NCBI GenBank assembly: GCA_976551045.1
Contig: CDPCPM010000104.1
Span: 6,944,001 to 7,008,000 of the forward strand
DNA length: 64,000 nt
Source: Glaucostegus cemiculus
Lineage: Eukaryota
Direction of reading: 5' to 3'
Shown here: positions 11,409-22,945 of the stretch, piece after piece
Layout: every line of letters starts with the position of its first letter
Numbering within the stretch: the first letter of the stretch is position 1
The notes under the pieces: model-generated
What the model was told of the DNA's origin: nothing
The model's database searches: none
What the model saw: the letters and a program-made list of their open reading frames with translations, nothing else
Made by a program: the position numbers and the translations under genes

Positions 11409-11779
11409 GTAGTTTTAACATTCATTTTTGTGTAATAGGTTCTCCAGTCAAAGAAATGTCATTTTCCTTTATCAGAGAAAAGACCCCATTTTCTGATGAT
11501 AGAATGCCATTAGCTATGCTAACATAGCACTATGGACACCACATATCAACTCTGCCATATACTGGAACTGAGAGGGATTATGTTCTCTCACTGTCCAAAT
11601 TAGTGACAGGATATGCTCTGATATCCTGGCTGCAGACAAGATGCCTTCCTTCTGGTGCACCCAGCTGTACTTGAATCATCATGATACACTGAAAGGTAAC
11701 TATCTGCTGAGGACAATGCCAGCACCTGGCTCTGTCGGTAAAACTCCCCCCTCAGAGACAGAAGGGTCTGGGCTCAAGT

Positions 11780-12051
11780 GGGCGGCACGATAGCGTAGCG
11801 GTTAGCGCGACGCTGTTACAGCGCCAGCTATCAGGGTTCAATTCCTATCGCTGACTGTAAGGAGCTTGTACGTTCTCCCGTGTCTGCGTGGGTTTCCTCC
11901 GGGTGCTCTGGTTTCCTCCCACATTCTGAAAGATGTGCGGGTAGGTTAATTTGGGGGTTTAAAAATGGGCGGCGCAGACTCACTCGTTGGGCCGAAAAGG
12001 CCTGTTACCACGCTGTAAATAAAATTTATAATTTAAAAATTTATAAAAAGT
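11780..12051 (+). mobile_element. V-SINE (HE1-like), same subfamily as 7135-7388
   Basis: Near-identical head, V-domain and tail; AAGT on both flanks. Confidence 0.9.
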
Positions 12052-12117
12052 CAAACTCCAGAGCCAATACTGAGGTTGGCACACTGGAGCTGTAGTGAGG
12101 GACTGCTGCACTGTTGG

Positions 12118-12745
12118 GATATTGGTATTGGTATTGGCTTATTATTGTCACTTGTACCAAGGTACAGTGAAAAACTTGTCTTGCATACCATTCATACAGA
12201 TCAATTCAATACACAGTGCATTGAGGTAGTACAGGGTAAAAAGCAATAACAGAATACAGAGTAAGGTGTCACAGCTACAGGGAAGTGCACTGCCAGTTGA
12301 CAATAAGGTGCAAGGTCAAACAAGGTAGATTGTGAGGTCAAGCGTCCATCTCATAGTATAAGGGAACTGTTCAATAGTCTTATCACCGTAGGAAAGGAGC
12401 TGTCCTTGAGCCTGATGGTATGTGCCCTCAGGCTCCTGTATCTTCTACCTGATGGAAGAGGAGAGTAGAGAGAATGACCCGGATGGGTGGGGTCTTTGAT
12501 TATGCTGGCTGCTTCGCCAAGGTAGCAAGAGGTCCATGGAGGGGACCATGGACCATGGACTCCAGGGACCATGGACCATGGACTCCAGAGTCCATAGAGG
12601 GGAAGCTGGTTTCCGTGATGTGCTGGGCTGTGTCTACAACTCTCTACAGTTTCTTGTGGTCCTGGGCAGAGCAGTAGCCATACCAAGCTGTGATGCATCC
12701 AGATAGGATGCTTTCTATGGTGCATTGATAAAAGTTGGTGAGTGA
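12118..12745 (-). mobile_element. Rex1/Babar-clade LINE 3' fragment (second subfamily)
   Basis: ORF 12351-12725 ASIIKDPTHPGHSLYSPLPSGRRYRSLRAHTIRLKDSSFPTVIRLLN; upstream frame FYQCTIESILSGCITAWYG; (CCAATA)n tail at 12121-12137. Confidence 0.88.
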
Positions 12746-13154
12746 TGAGATTGCTGAGGAGATGATGCCTTTCGAGATAAGATGTTAAACCAAACCACTT
12801 CCATTCTCTCAGGATGTCATAGAGGATTCACTTCAGTGACGAGACCACAGGTTATCCCTGAGGATAATCTCAAGCAACTCTTGGTACAGAAGGCCCGACT
12901 GTAGATTTCAGTATCCTGACCTGGGCAGTTTTATTGTGGACTGAATGGTTGAGAGGCAACAGTAAGGGCCTTGGATGAGTGGCTGGGGTCAGCTTTCCTG
13001 AGATGAGATAGAAGTTCATGCTCAGAAAAGCACTGCCTTTCCCCTGGAATAGCTCCTCAGTAATCTGGGTAATCTGTTGGAGTACAGTGACATCATGCAA
13101 GCACCTTTGTACACTGTAATCCACAGCCATGAAAACAGAAGTATAAGTTTGCAT

Positions 13155-13329
13155 TAACACACACAAAGTGCTGGAGGAACTCAGCAGGTCAGGTCATTGA
13201 TGAAGGGTCTCGACCCAAAACATCAACTGTTCATTTCCCTCCATAGATACTGCCTGACCTGCTGAGTTCCACCAGCACTTTATATGTGTTGCTTCAGATG
13301 CCAGCATCTGCAGAATTTCTTGTGTCTCT
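13155..13329 (+). mobile_element. 175-bp Penelope-derived element with 5' inverted arm and 14-bp TSD
   Basis: GTATAAGTTTGCAT at 13141-13154 and 13330-13343. Arms 13156-13193 and 13253-13290 are inverted. TGATGAAGGGTCTCGACCCAAAACATC lies in the loop. Confidence 0.88.
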
Positions 13330-14276
13330 GTATAAGTTTGCATGACAACAGGCTGAGCTTCCTCTGCAACCCTCATGTTAATGTTGCTTGTACTGCAAAG
13401 GAAGTGGCTGGGACTGGAGATATTGCTAAAGGAGTTGGTCACCTCCACCATATGGGACGGAATGATCTCCAAACTCTGTACCATGCTCAATAGCAAATCG
13501 AGGCTTGAGGCTTCCAAATGCATCAAACATTTCTTTAAGCAGTCTTCTTCTGGAGGCTACCTGGTTAAATTCCTCCAGTTAGTCCTCTGCAGGAGATCCT
13601 GAGTGCACCCTCACTCTCAGGTGAACTCCCACCTCGGCACTACCTTTGGCCATAGTCTGGCTGAAGCCCACTTGTGTCAATTATCTCACTGCATGCAGTT
13701 TGTCACTTTAAGTTATCTCTTAAATTCATATTGATATTGATATCTGAGCTGGCAGTTTTATGTATGATGGAGAGTAATGGTGCTGTGGTGCTATTATGTT
13801 TTATTATTGTTATTCTACATTCATACATTTCCATTTTGAGAATGCTATTTGTATTTTCTCTTTAGGACAGTATACAATTCTGAGTATTTTGGGCATGGCA
13901 ATAAAACAGCCCTTTTTAAAACATTATGCTTGGAAGAGAATTTGTATGATTTACTGCAGATACAAGGGCTGAACATTTTCAGTTTCTGCATGTGCTTGTC
14001 TCATCCTTAGCCATAAAGCTCCTGGGCTAGCTGGGTGTCAGAATGGAGAAGGCACCAGTGTTAGATAATGGTGACAGCAGTGGGGGTAATGTAAGAAGGA
14101 TGTGTCAATCAGAAACTGTGAGGTAAGTAAAATTAAGATCAGGGAAAAGGACAATGTATGAGAATACAGTCATCTGCAATTGATTCAGCAATATTACTGG
14201 CTATGATCTGAACTCTTGCTGTCCGGTAATGGCCAGCACAGTCTCCATGGGAGTTAGGACATGCAGGTACAGCTGC

Positions 14277-15530
14277 CACCTTCATATTATTCATTCTACC
14301 CTTTAGATGTGCATCACTTTGTCCTGGGCAAGTGGATCAATGAATGCTGTTCAATCCATTTTGATAACATCAATGTAATGCTTGATTAGCTGGCACTGTG
14401 CAAACTATGAGCAAAGAATATAATGCTCACAGCAGCACCGAGTACGTAAAGGTGCAGTAGAGCATATAAACATTGCAATATTGGCCTCCTGTCAATGTAT
14501 CAGCCAATGAACAGGGAGTTATCACTAATTCAGGAACATAAAGATAGCATGCTGTTTTCTTTGCAATCAACGGGCATGGGTTAATTGCACAATGATCATG
14601 ATGTGCAGTCAGCCCCTGCTGATCGAAAAGCAAAAAAAAACTACAGATGCTGTGAATATGAAATAAAAACAGAAAATGCTAGAAACACTCAGCAGGTCAG
14701 ACAGCATCTGTGGAGAGAGAAACAGAATTAACATTTCAGGTCAATGACCTTGACATCACTGCACATTGAGAACAATTCAGCCCCACTACTACACATACAG
14801 TAACACTGTTTCCTGTCACACTTGCTTTGACCAGATTTAAAATAGAAATAGTCAGGGTTATCACTGGAATGGAAAAACACTTACGTCTCAGGATAAAATT
14901 TACCCATTGATTTGTCCTTTACAATTTTTAATTCATTCACAGTCTTAGCCTATCTAAAATGTTTGAGCTTCAACTCTGGCCTAGAAATTGGATTGCATCC
15001 TGCCACATTTTAGTACATGTGTGACTAAACTTAAAAGAAGAACCACTAGCAAAGTAAGTTGCTTGTAATACTGTAAGTTCCATGCAATTCCTTATTTTCC
15101 TTCCAGGCCTTCCTTTGCCTCACATGCAAGCACATGGCTAAGCCTGGACAAAAACAGTAAAATGCTACATCCATGATTTATATCAGCACGCGTGTCGCAT
15201 TAATCTTGTGAGCCTCTTATATGGATCAGGGTGGCTCAAACTGAGGACTCCAGCACTGGAAACCCACTTTCATATGTTCCTGAATTAGTGATAACTCCCT
15301 GTTCATTGGCTGATACAGGAGGCCAATATTGCAATGTTTATATGCTCTACCTCACCTTTACGTGCTCGGTGCTGCTGTGAGCATTATACTCTTTGCTCAC
15401 AGTTTGCACAGCGCCAGCTAATCAAGCATCACATTGATGTTATCAAAATGGATTGAACAGCATTCACTGATTCACTTGCCCAGGACAAAGTGATGCATAT
15501 CTAAAGGGCAGAATAAATAATATGAAGGTG
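14277..15530. repeat. Long inverted repeat: arms 14277-14540 and 15273-15530, 732-bp spacer
   Basis: Manual alignment gives about 12 substitutions and one 6-bp indel over about 260 bp. Confidence 0.95.
14630..14760 (-). mobile_element. Penelope-derived tail fragment
   Basis: ACAGATGCTG...AAATGCTAGAAACACTCAGCAGGTCAGACAGCATCTGTGGAGAGAGAAACAGAATTAACATTTCAGGTCAATGACCTT. Confidence 0.75.
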
Positions 15531-18500
15531 ATATGAAGTAGATATTTGTGAAATAAAATACTTCAACTTGTTGACTGTCATCCTCAGGAAACCCACCCAC
15601 TAATTCTCACTCTGGTTTTGACTGCTATTCCCCAGGCCCACCTGAACTCCCAATATTCTCCATCCTGACTCTACCCCAAAACACCCATACCTGTCTCCAA
15701 TCCAACTCCATCTGTCTTTTGTGACAAACCTCCCTATCAATGGTATTTGAGGTCCTAATTCTACCCCATCTGGTGCTGAGACACTTCCATATCTGTCTAT
15801 TCTGGGGCATCAGTTGAGTGCATAAGGACCTCAAGGGTCACTGGTGATGGTAGGGGTGTGGATCAGTAGGAATTTTGATCAGCAGTTGGGGGTTGTGGGC
15901 AGATGGCGAAACCAAGAGGAAACTGCAACAAAGCTGAAGTATCCTCCTTAAAGAACCCTTGCCTTGAGCCATTATTTACCAGCAAGCACTTACGTGCTCA
16001 AGTCTCCAGCAGATCACTTGGAAGGCTAATGAAGCAGACCTCACAAGAACCATGAAAGCTTTCTTCTGTGTGAGTGATCTGTCCTGCCTGTGAGTCACGA
16101 GTGTGTGAATCAAACTAGCAGGTGTGGTGCCCATGCAGTTAGACACCACTATCATCCACAGATTATTCCATGAGGTTAGTAGTCAGGCACATGGAACTCT
16201 GGAAGGAAAATCACAAGTTCCCCACACCTGCACCCCATGATCTAGACTTCCTACACCAGAGGATTTTACAGCAGCTGAGCCACAAAGTATTCACTGGCCC
16301 ACTGTGCACTGCAAGTTTTATGCTCTTTTCTACATGCCATATAATGTCCAGGCCTCATCCTATATGATATTTGATGGACTTTTCAATCACACCCATGCAA
16401 TCTGTGTAATCTTTTTTGGGTCTCCCAGTGTGCAATCAGAGCTCCAAGCTCAGAGGGATATGTTCTCTTGTTTACCGAGAATCTTAGAATGTCCTTCCTT
16501 TTTGAAGTGAATGTGAAAGAAAGCATAGATTAAATTCTGCAGGGGGTGAACTTCCCTGATTTTGGCACATTTACAATGGAAGAATCCCACAGGTAAATCT
16601 TCCTGACAGAATTTCTGGTTGAATTCAATTTCAACCAATTCCAAACATTCAAAGCTGCCCCTTCAACCTTGTTGTACTTCTCGACACCCTTTTTGCAATT
16701 TGCCGAGTCCAACTGACTTCACTAATATGTAATACAAATACGTTAGCAACCTAGACTGATAAGTAAAAGGCACCACAATTGACTGTGTCAGCTAATACAT
16801 TTGAATACCATTTTTTATTACCAACTGAAATGCTTTGTTGGCCACTCGCCATTTCATCAAAGATGCAGCTCTGTTACTCATTGCTACACTCTTCTCTCTG
16901 AGAATGTTACTCCACACAACTTTTATGTCACAGGTTTATTTCACAGAAATACAAGGGCAACTATCAGATTCCTTGCTAACTTCCAAGACAGAACAATCAC
17001 CATGGCTTCCATTATCAAGTATCATAGGATACGAATGGTTTGAAGGTGGGAGATATCCCCTTTGGTGGGGAGGGGTGGATGGGGAGGGAGGGGGGAGGGT
17101 CAATCCATATTGGCATTGTGCTGTATTTACCTTGGTAACAGTTAAGTAAGAAGGAGGTCTGCTTTTAAATGTGTAGGTAACATAGGTGAGTTGAACTTTG
17201 GTAATGATGACTTTATTTTGCATTTTAATGGGAAAAAACTTACCTTGTCATAAAGCAAGTCTGCATTCTGTGAACTGAGAGCAGGAACACTCACTCAGTC
17301 TGTTTACATTATAAGCATTGGTAATGTGTGTAAAGCTCATTCTGACTTGAGATAATTCAGATTGGAGATTGGTAACATAAATAAGAAACCTCGTCTAGAA
17401 CAAGTTCAGCACCTACTGGCTTAATGCTTGCTCTAATGAAACCTAAAACAAATTTTAATTAAAAATAACAAACAAGCAGATGCTGTTAATATTTTTTTGC
17501 TGGAAGCAATTCTTGAAACTAAACAAATAGCCTTCAGAACCAATTTAATGGCAAATAATCAGATATATGTCAACTGATTCAGCAACTATGATAAGATTGT
17601 AGCATAACTTTGCTTCATGTGGCATTTGTTAAAAAGTTATCCCACAACATGTGATATAAAGTAAGAGCCTGACTTTAAGAAAATAGTGATTATCTCATAC
17701 AAAATGTCAGAGTCTGAACTAAAACAGGCAATCCTGGAATGAGAAAGAAAATTCTACACAGTCAATTCGGCTACCTCACCTTCTGCAGGAAGTTTTTATG
17801 TAACACACACACATAATATTTTGAGTTACCATTTGTACTCTCCCATTGTGTCATTAGCATTAAGATAATCCCCTGTGCTTCCTCATCACTTTAATAACAT
17901 AACTATTAAAATGCATTGCAGTGGCATCTTACAAGTGACTTTTGTAACTCTTTGTTATTTTGTAATGGAATCAAACTACTTCAGCAATGAAAGTGAAAAG
18001 AAATTATAACATCTCACATTGTTATATATTCCAAGTTCACTGACTAAAATACTTTCTATCCTGTATCACGAAAATGTTAGCTACCTGCAGAGTGCGCCTT
18101 ATCCAGACTTAAAGATTAAATCTACCAATGGCCACATTGTCTGCTTATGTTCCAGAGGATAGGAGCTGTAAGAAAAATAACAGTCTGTATCCTTTCTGCA
18201 AAGATGCGCAAGTTAATGAATGAGCTAAATTTATATTTACCATAAACCAGAGCAAATTGTCAGATTCCAGGGTTTACAAATATTGCAATATTAAAATATT
18301 CTTTAAAACCTGCAAAGGAGACAGTCCTTTATACCAGCTTGAATATTGTAATATTTGAATGTATTTGATATATAAGTAGTAAGAAGAAAAAGAAAATAAC
18401 TGGTTTAAGATAATAAAGTGCATCAAAAGCTTTCATTAATGCTCAGCAGTTACCATGTGACATTAACATTGCAAAGCTTAACCTATTTCAATGAAATTAT

Positions 18501-20864
18501 TTTTCAAACAAAGGAAAAAATAAACAGATTAATGCTACCTTTGAAATGGCAGAGGAAGCAGTTTCTCACAAAGTATATGTACAATAGTACAACATAGTTG
18601 TATTTTCCAGGGATTTATTTCTGAAATATTTAATGAACCTCTGGAAATATTTTCCAGAAATCTAAAATGCACCGTATTTAACATTAGTTAATATTAAGTG
18701 CATACAATGTTTATTATAAATATGGTACAACTCAAAATAAATACTCAAAAAGCTGGACTGGCATCAAAAATTCTGAATTCATGCCTGACAACTTTGTAGA
18801 GATTAGTAAACTGAATAATTTAGATATTTAAATCTAAACACAAATTATCGAGATTTTTTAAAAAACTTTCCCATTCCTCTATTCTGGTAATTTAACACAA
18901 AAATATTCCATCAGAAATCGATGTCTGAGGATTTTCAATATTGTTAACTGGGGATCCTTTTTGTCATGTTAACTAGAATTTTGAGAATCTGTTAATTAGT
19001 ATTTGGGGGAACAATTTAACCTCTCATCAGTGCTTCAGATGTCACTTCTGCAATTAACCAATATTACTCAATATTTTGAGATCCATTCTATCATTAACAA
19101 ATCCCTGCCAATAACCATTGCTTTGATTAATTCCGTTATTAAAAACAGTTTTGATTCATTCTGTCACTAATCAGTGTTATGTTGATACTATCCGTCATCT
19201 TCTCTCTTTTCTGTGCAGAGATAGGTCTGACAATGACTTGGTACAAAATATTCCATTTTGATGCATGGTACTCTACTGCTGTTTTAAGAATTATGTTCTC
19301 TCTTAAGCTTCCTAAGCCAGAATGTGTTACCAATGTTCAGCATTCATCAACATATTTGATTGCCTGATTTATTTATCAAAGTTATTTATCTTTTAATTAG
19401 GTTGCATCATCGTATTTTTCAGCCTTTTGAAAGAGGATAATTAAGCTTTGATTCCACACAATTCCATGGCAAAAGAATTGAAAATGGAAAGGTAGTGGCT
19501 TAAATACAGTCTAACATCTGGTACCACTGTGCTAGAGTATATGTGGCAGCCTCCCTCCCTGTTTTAATTAAAGACTTCTGTCAGAAATGCCCACCTAAAT
19601 GTTTGGAAAATTACATTTTTCTGTACATTATTTATCTGTTTTGATTTGTTGAGAAATGCACGACCAGGGTCTTTCAAAATTTTGAAAAAGATGTTGACAA
19701 CTAACACCTTATATAAATGAACTTGCTTCTACCCTTCATTTTTCCATTATTGACTTTCCTCTTGAGCTACCACACACAACATCAATGAGATGAATCTGCT
19801 AGTCGATAGTTAAGTCTTGGGTTAATTAGCTAAATGAAAATAAAGAAAAGGGCTTTATACTGGATGAATCTGCAGGACAACCTCCCATGCAAATGTTGAT
19901 GGAACTATTTCTGAACTTTCTTCAAAGGTTCTGCTTACAAGTCAGGGTAACCCTTGAATGACAAATAGTTTAATCTGCACAGCCATAGCATTTTAAATTG
20001 CTGTTTGGACCCCCACCCTTTAAATGTTTTCACCCAGCAAAACAATATTGTTTTAATAATTTTTCTCCAGAGATTTCAACTTAATTTCACCTAAAACTGC
20101 ACTTACAAAATTAATGAAAACAACAATTGGACTGACTCACTAATACCTTACTGATAAGAAAATGAAAACTAGCTGTTTCAGCCACCAGGTCAAATATGCA
20201 TTTTAATCAAGTTATTAAGATCTCTTTTCTGCTAAGCATAAGATCATTTGGATTTTCACAACAGGCATTCCTCGGGGTCCCTTCTTCAATGTGCTTAATT
20301 TTCTATTGCACTGGTTGGAAGTCCAAAAATAACCTAATTTTTAACTTGTTCTGAGAGAACAGTAAACTCACAGGAGGCTAACTTCTCTTCTCCAGTCTCC
20401 AAGGTGAAGAGATGACATACTATCCAGTTACTGCTTTTGCTCATGATATTGAATACAATGCATTAATTCATTCAATCACTATTTTACCATACCCAGACTT
20501 CTTAACTGTATGCATGTGTACATAGGAATGTTTTGTCCTAATTGAATGAAAACTTTTGCTATATTTATTATTGCTGCTGAAAACTTACTAAATAAACACA
20601 AAATATTAACTTTTTTTTACTTCCTTGCTGCCTATTTTAGAGGCAACTTTCCAAATTCCGTGGCATTGCCAATATTTCCCCCTAAATATTAGTAGTTGTT
20701 TATTAGATGTGAATTAAGTATATTTTTGTACTAATTAATGTCAAAATACTTGTTATAAATTAGAGTTTTACACCAACGAACTAAGAAAACGAACAATATA
20801 ACTGACAAATTACAGTGGATAACTTTAAAAATTTCTATAATCAAAACTGTTACTCTTCTTACAT

Positions 20865-21235
20865 CTGTGAACAAGGTCATTCGGCCTATCAAGTCTATCT
20901 CAGATCCCAGAGCATCCCCATCAGTCCCATTCCCCCAAGTGTTTCCCTGTAAACTATCCTACTCCTACCTGCAGTGCATGAACACTAGGATTTAGAGTGC
21001 CAAAGTAACCTATCATACAAAGGAAAACAAATAAGACTGCAGATACTGGACCCTTAAACAACAACAGAGAGGCTGGAAGAACTGAGTCAAATAACATCTG
21101 TGGAAAAATAAACCAGTTAATGTCTCAAGTCAAAGAACCTTCATCAGAACCTATTAACCATGATGTCTTTGGGATGAGGGAGGAAACCAATGCAGTCACA
21201 GGGAGGACATGCACATTCCACACATACAGCACACA
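20865..21235 (-). mobile_element. Decayed V-SINE interrupted by a Penelope-derived fragment at about 21016-21150
   Basis: CR1-like tail GGTCATTCGGCCTATCAAGTCT at 20876; V-domain remnant GTCTTTGGGATGAGGGAGGAAACC..GCAGTCACAGGGAGGACATGCACATTCCACACA. The insert has CTTCATCAGAAC, and AACCTAT occurs at both junctions. Confidence 0.65.
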
Positions 21236-21745
21236 GGAGATTTGGTATGTCACCAAAGGCTCTTGCAAATTTCTATAGATGTACGGTGGACAGCATCCTG
21301 ACCGGTTGCATCACAGGCTGGTATGGAGCCTCCAATATATAGGATCAATCACAAGAGCCTGCAGAGGGTTATAGACTACGCCAGCTCCATCACGGGCACA
21401 ACCCTCTCCGCCATCTAGGATATCTTCAGGAGGCGGTGCCTCAAGAAGGTGGCGTCGATCACTAAGGACCCCCATGATCTGGGACACGCAGTCTTCTCGT
21501 TATGACCATCAGGGAGGAGGTACAGGAGCCTGAAGACCCACACTCAATGATTCAGCAACAGCTTCTTCCCCTCCCCATCAGATTTCTGAATGATCCATGA
21601 ATCCATGAACACTACCTCATTTTTCCTTTTTTTTGCAATATAAATATATTTCTGTAATATATAGATTTTATATCTTTGCACTACTTCTGTTGCAAAACAA
21701 CAAATTTCATGTCATTATCAATGGTAATAAATCTGACTCTGATTC
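21236..21745 (+). mobile_element. Rex1/Babar-clade LINE 3' fragment (same subfamily as 10983-11408)
   Basis: Encodes FYRCTVDSILTGCIT...ITKDPHDLGHAVFSL*PSGRRYRSLKTHTQ*FSNSFFP; tail CTGACTCTGATTC. Confidence 0.88.
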
Positions 21746-21915
21746 AGTACAACACAGGGACAGGCCCTTCATCCCACAATGCCCATGCCTCCCATGATGC
21801 CAATTTAAATTAATCACATCCACCTACACATGTTTTATATCTCTCCATTCCCTGCCTGCTCATGTGTCTGTCTAAGTTCCTCTTAAACATTACTATCATA
21901 TCTGCTTCCACCACA
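21746..21915 (-). mobile_element. CR1 LINE 3' end
   Basis: AGTACAACACAGGGACAGGCCCTTC...CTCTTAAAC...TATCTGCTTCCACCAC. Confidence 0.7.
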
Positions 21916-22479
21916 TATGCTTTTATGCTTATCTTTTTATAGCAAAAAGTGGTTCTGTCATAAGTCCTTCAACTAAGATACTAAATTTACTGGCCTTTGC
22001 TCTTCATGGAAGTATGCCATGCAATGTTTGTTGTTGCATTTTCCGACAAAAACAATAGTAAAAATTAGTTCCTTGCTTGCAAAAAATTTTGGAACAATCC
22101 TAAGATGTGAACAGTTCCTAGAAATTGAGGTTTTCCTTTCTGCTATTATGTCTGGATGAAGCAGAGGTTTATTACTGACAGAAACTGAAATGAAACAGTG
22201 TATGATTCTGGAAGAACATTGACCATCTTCAATGTTTTATTTTACAGAATACTTCCCATCTTTTCTTACTGGGGCATGACCAGATTGTCACTTCTGCATC
22301 TGCCATCTCCAAAATGTGTCTAGCATTTTCAGCACACACCAAAGCATACTCAGTCAAGTTGATCTTTTTTTGCTACACTCTAGTTGCTGAAAGGGCATCC
22401 AACCAATAACATGATAATATTGCCAAGCTGAAATTTGTTTGTCTTTGAGTGAAGAATATTTTTGTTTTAATTTATTTTG

Positions 22480-22945
22480 TTGCTGGATGTGGACACTGCT
22501 GACAAAGCCACTTGTTTATCATTTATCTTTGTAAAATAGAGGGTTGTGGGTAAGCCTAGTAATTTCTAGGGTAGGGACATGTTTAGCACAGCTTTGTGGG
22601 CCAAAGGGCCTGAATTGTGCTGTAGTTTTTCCATGTTTCTATGTTTCTATCTCTTATTGCCTTTAAACTAAGTAGTCATTTAGCACTGGATCTGGAGTCA
22701 CAGATCAGGCATGCTATGGATTGCAGATTCCTTTACCAGAAGAACATTAGTGAACCAGATGGCTTTTTATAATCATCTATTTGTTTCATGGTTGCAATCA
22801 CTGGTATTTCTTGTACCAGATTTATTTAATTACCTGAATTTAAACTTCCCAGTTGCCATGGTAAGAATTGAACTTACAGGATGTCTTGGAATTAATAGTC
22901 CAAGCCATTGAATTCTAATCCAGTAATTGAACCACAATGTTATCT
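22480..22945 (-). mobile_element. Old tRNA-derived elasmobranch SINE, interrupted by a CR1 tail
   Basis: Minus strand GTGGTTCAATTACTGGATTAG...AAGTTCAATTCTTACCATGGCAACTGGGAAGTTTAAATTC...CCATCTGGTTCACTAATG...TGTGACTCCAGA; the tail resembles that of the LINE at 2231-2280. Confidence 0.6.
22540..22650 (+). mobile_element. CR1 3' tail fragment
   Basis: GTGGGCCAAAGGGCCTGAATTGTGCTGTAG...(ATGTTTCT)n; reverse complement of 10305-10400. Confidence 0.8.

Larger units (their letters stand above)
11725..12870 (+). mobile_element. Old DeuSINE (SacSINE1/AmnSINE1-like) split into 11725-11779, 12052-12117 and 12750-12870
   Basis: tRNA-like head CTCAGAGACAGAAGGGTCTGGGCTCAAGT|CAAACTCCAGAG, then TGAGGGACTGCTGCACTGTTGG and CCTTTCGAGATAAGATGTTAAACC...CTCTCAGG, resembling the Deu domain as recalled. 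Confidence 0.6.

Noticed and set aside
1534-12725. ORFs 1534-1722, 1856-2086, 11132-11365 and 12351-12725 as host genes
   Set aside because: They are frameshifted C-terminal remnants of CR1 and Rex1 reverse transcriptases.
14277-15530. Inverted repeat as TIRs of a DNA transposon or MITE
   Set aside because: No flanking TSD, no typical terminal motif, no transposase remnant in the spacer; junction microhomology fits a templated insertion better. Not fully excluded.
17300-17352. Imperfect hairpin as a pre-miRNA
   Set aside because: Stem is broken by large bulges and I recognise no mature miRNA sequence.
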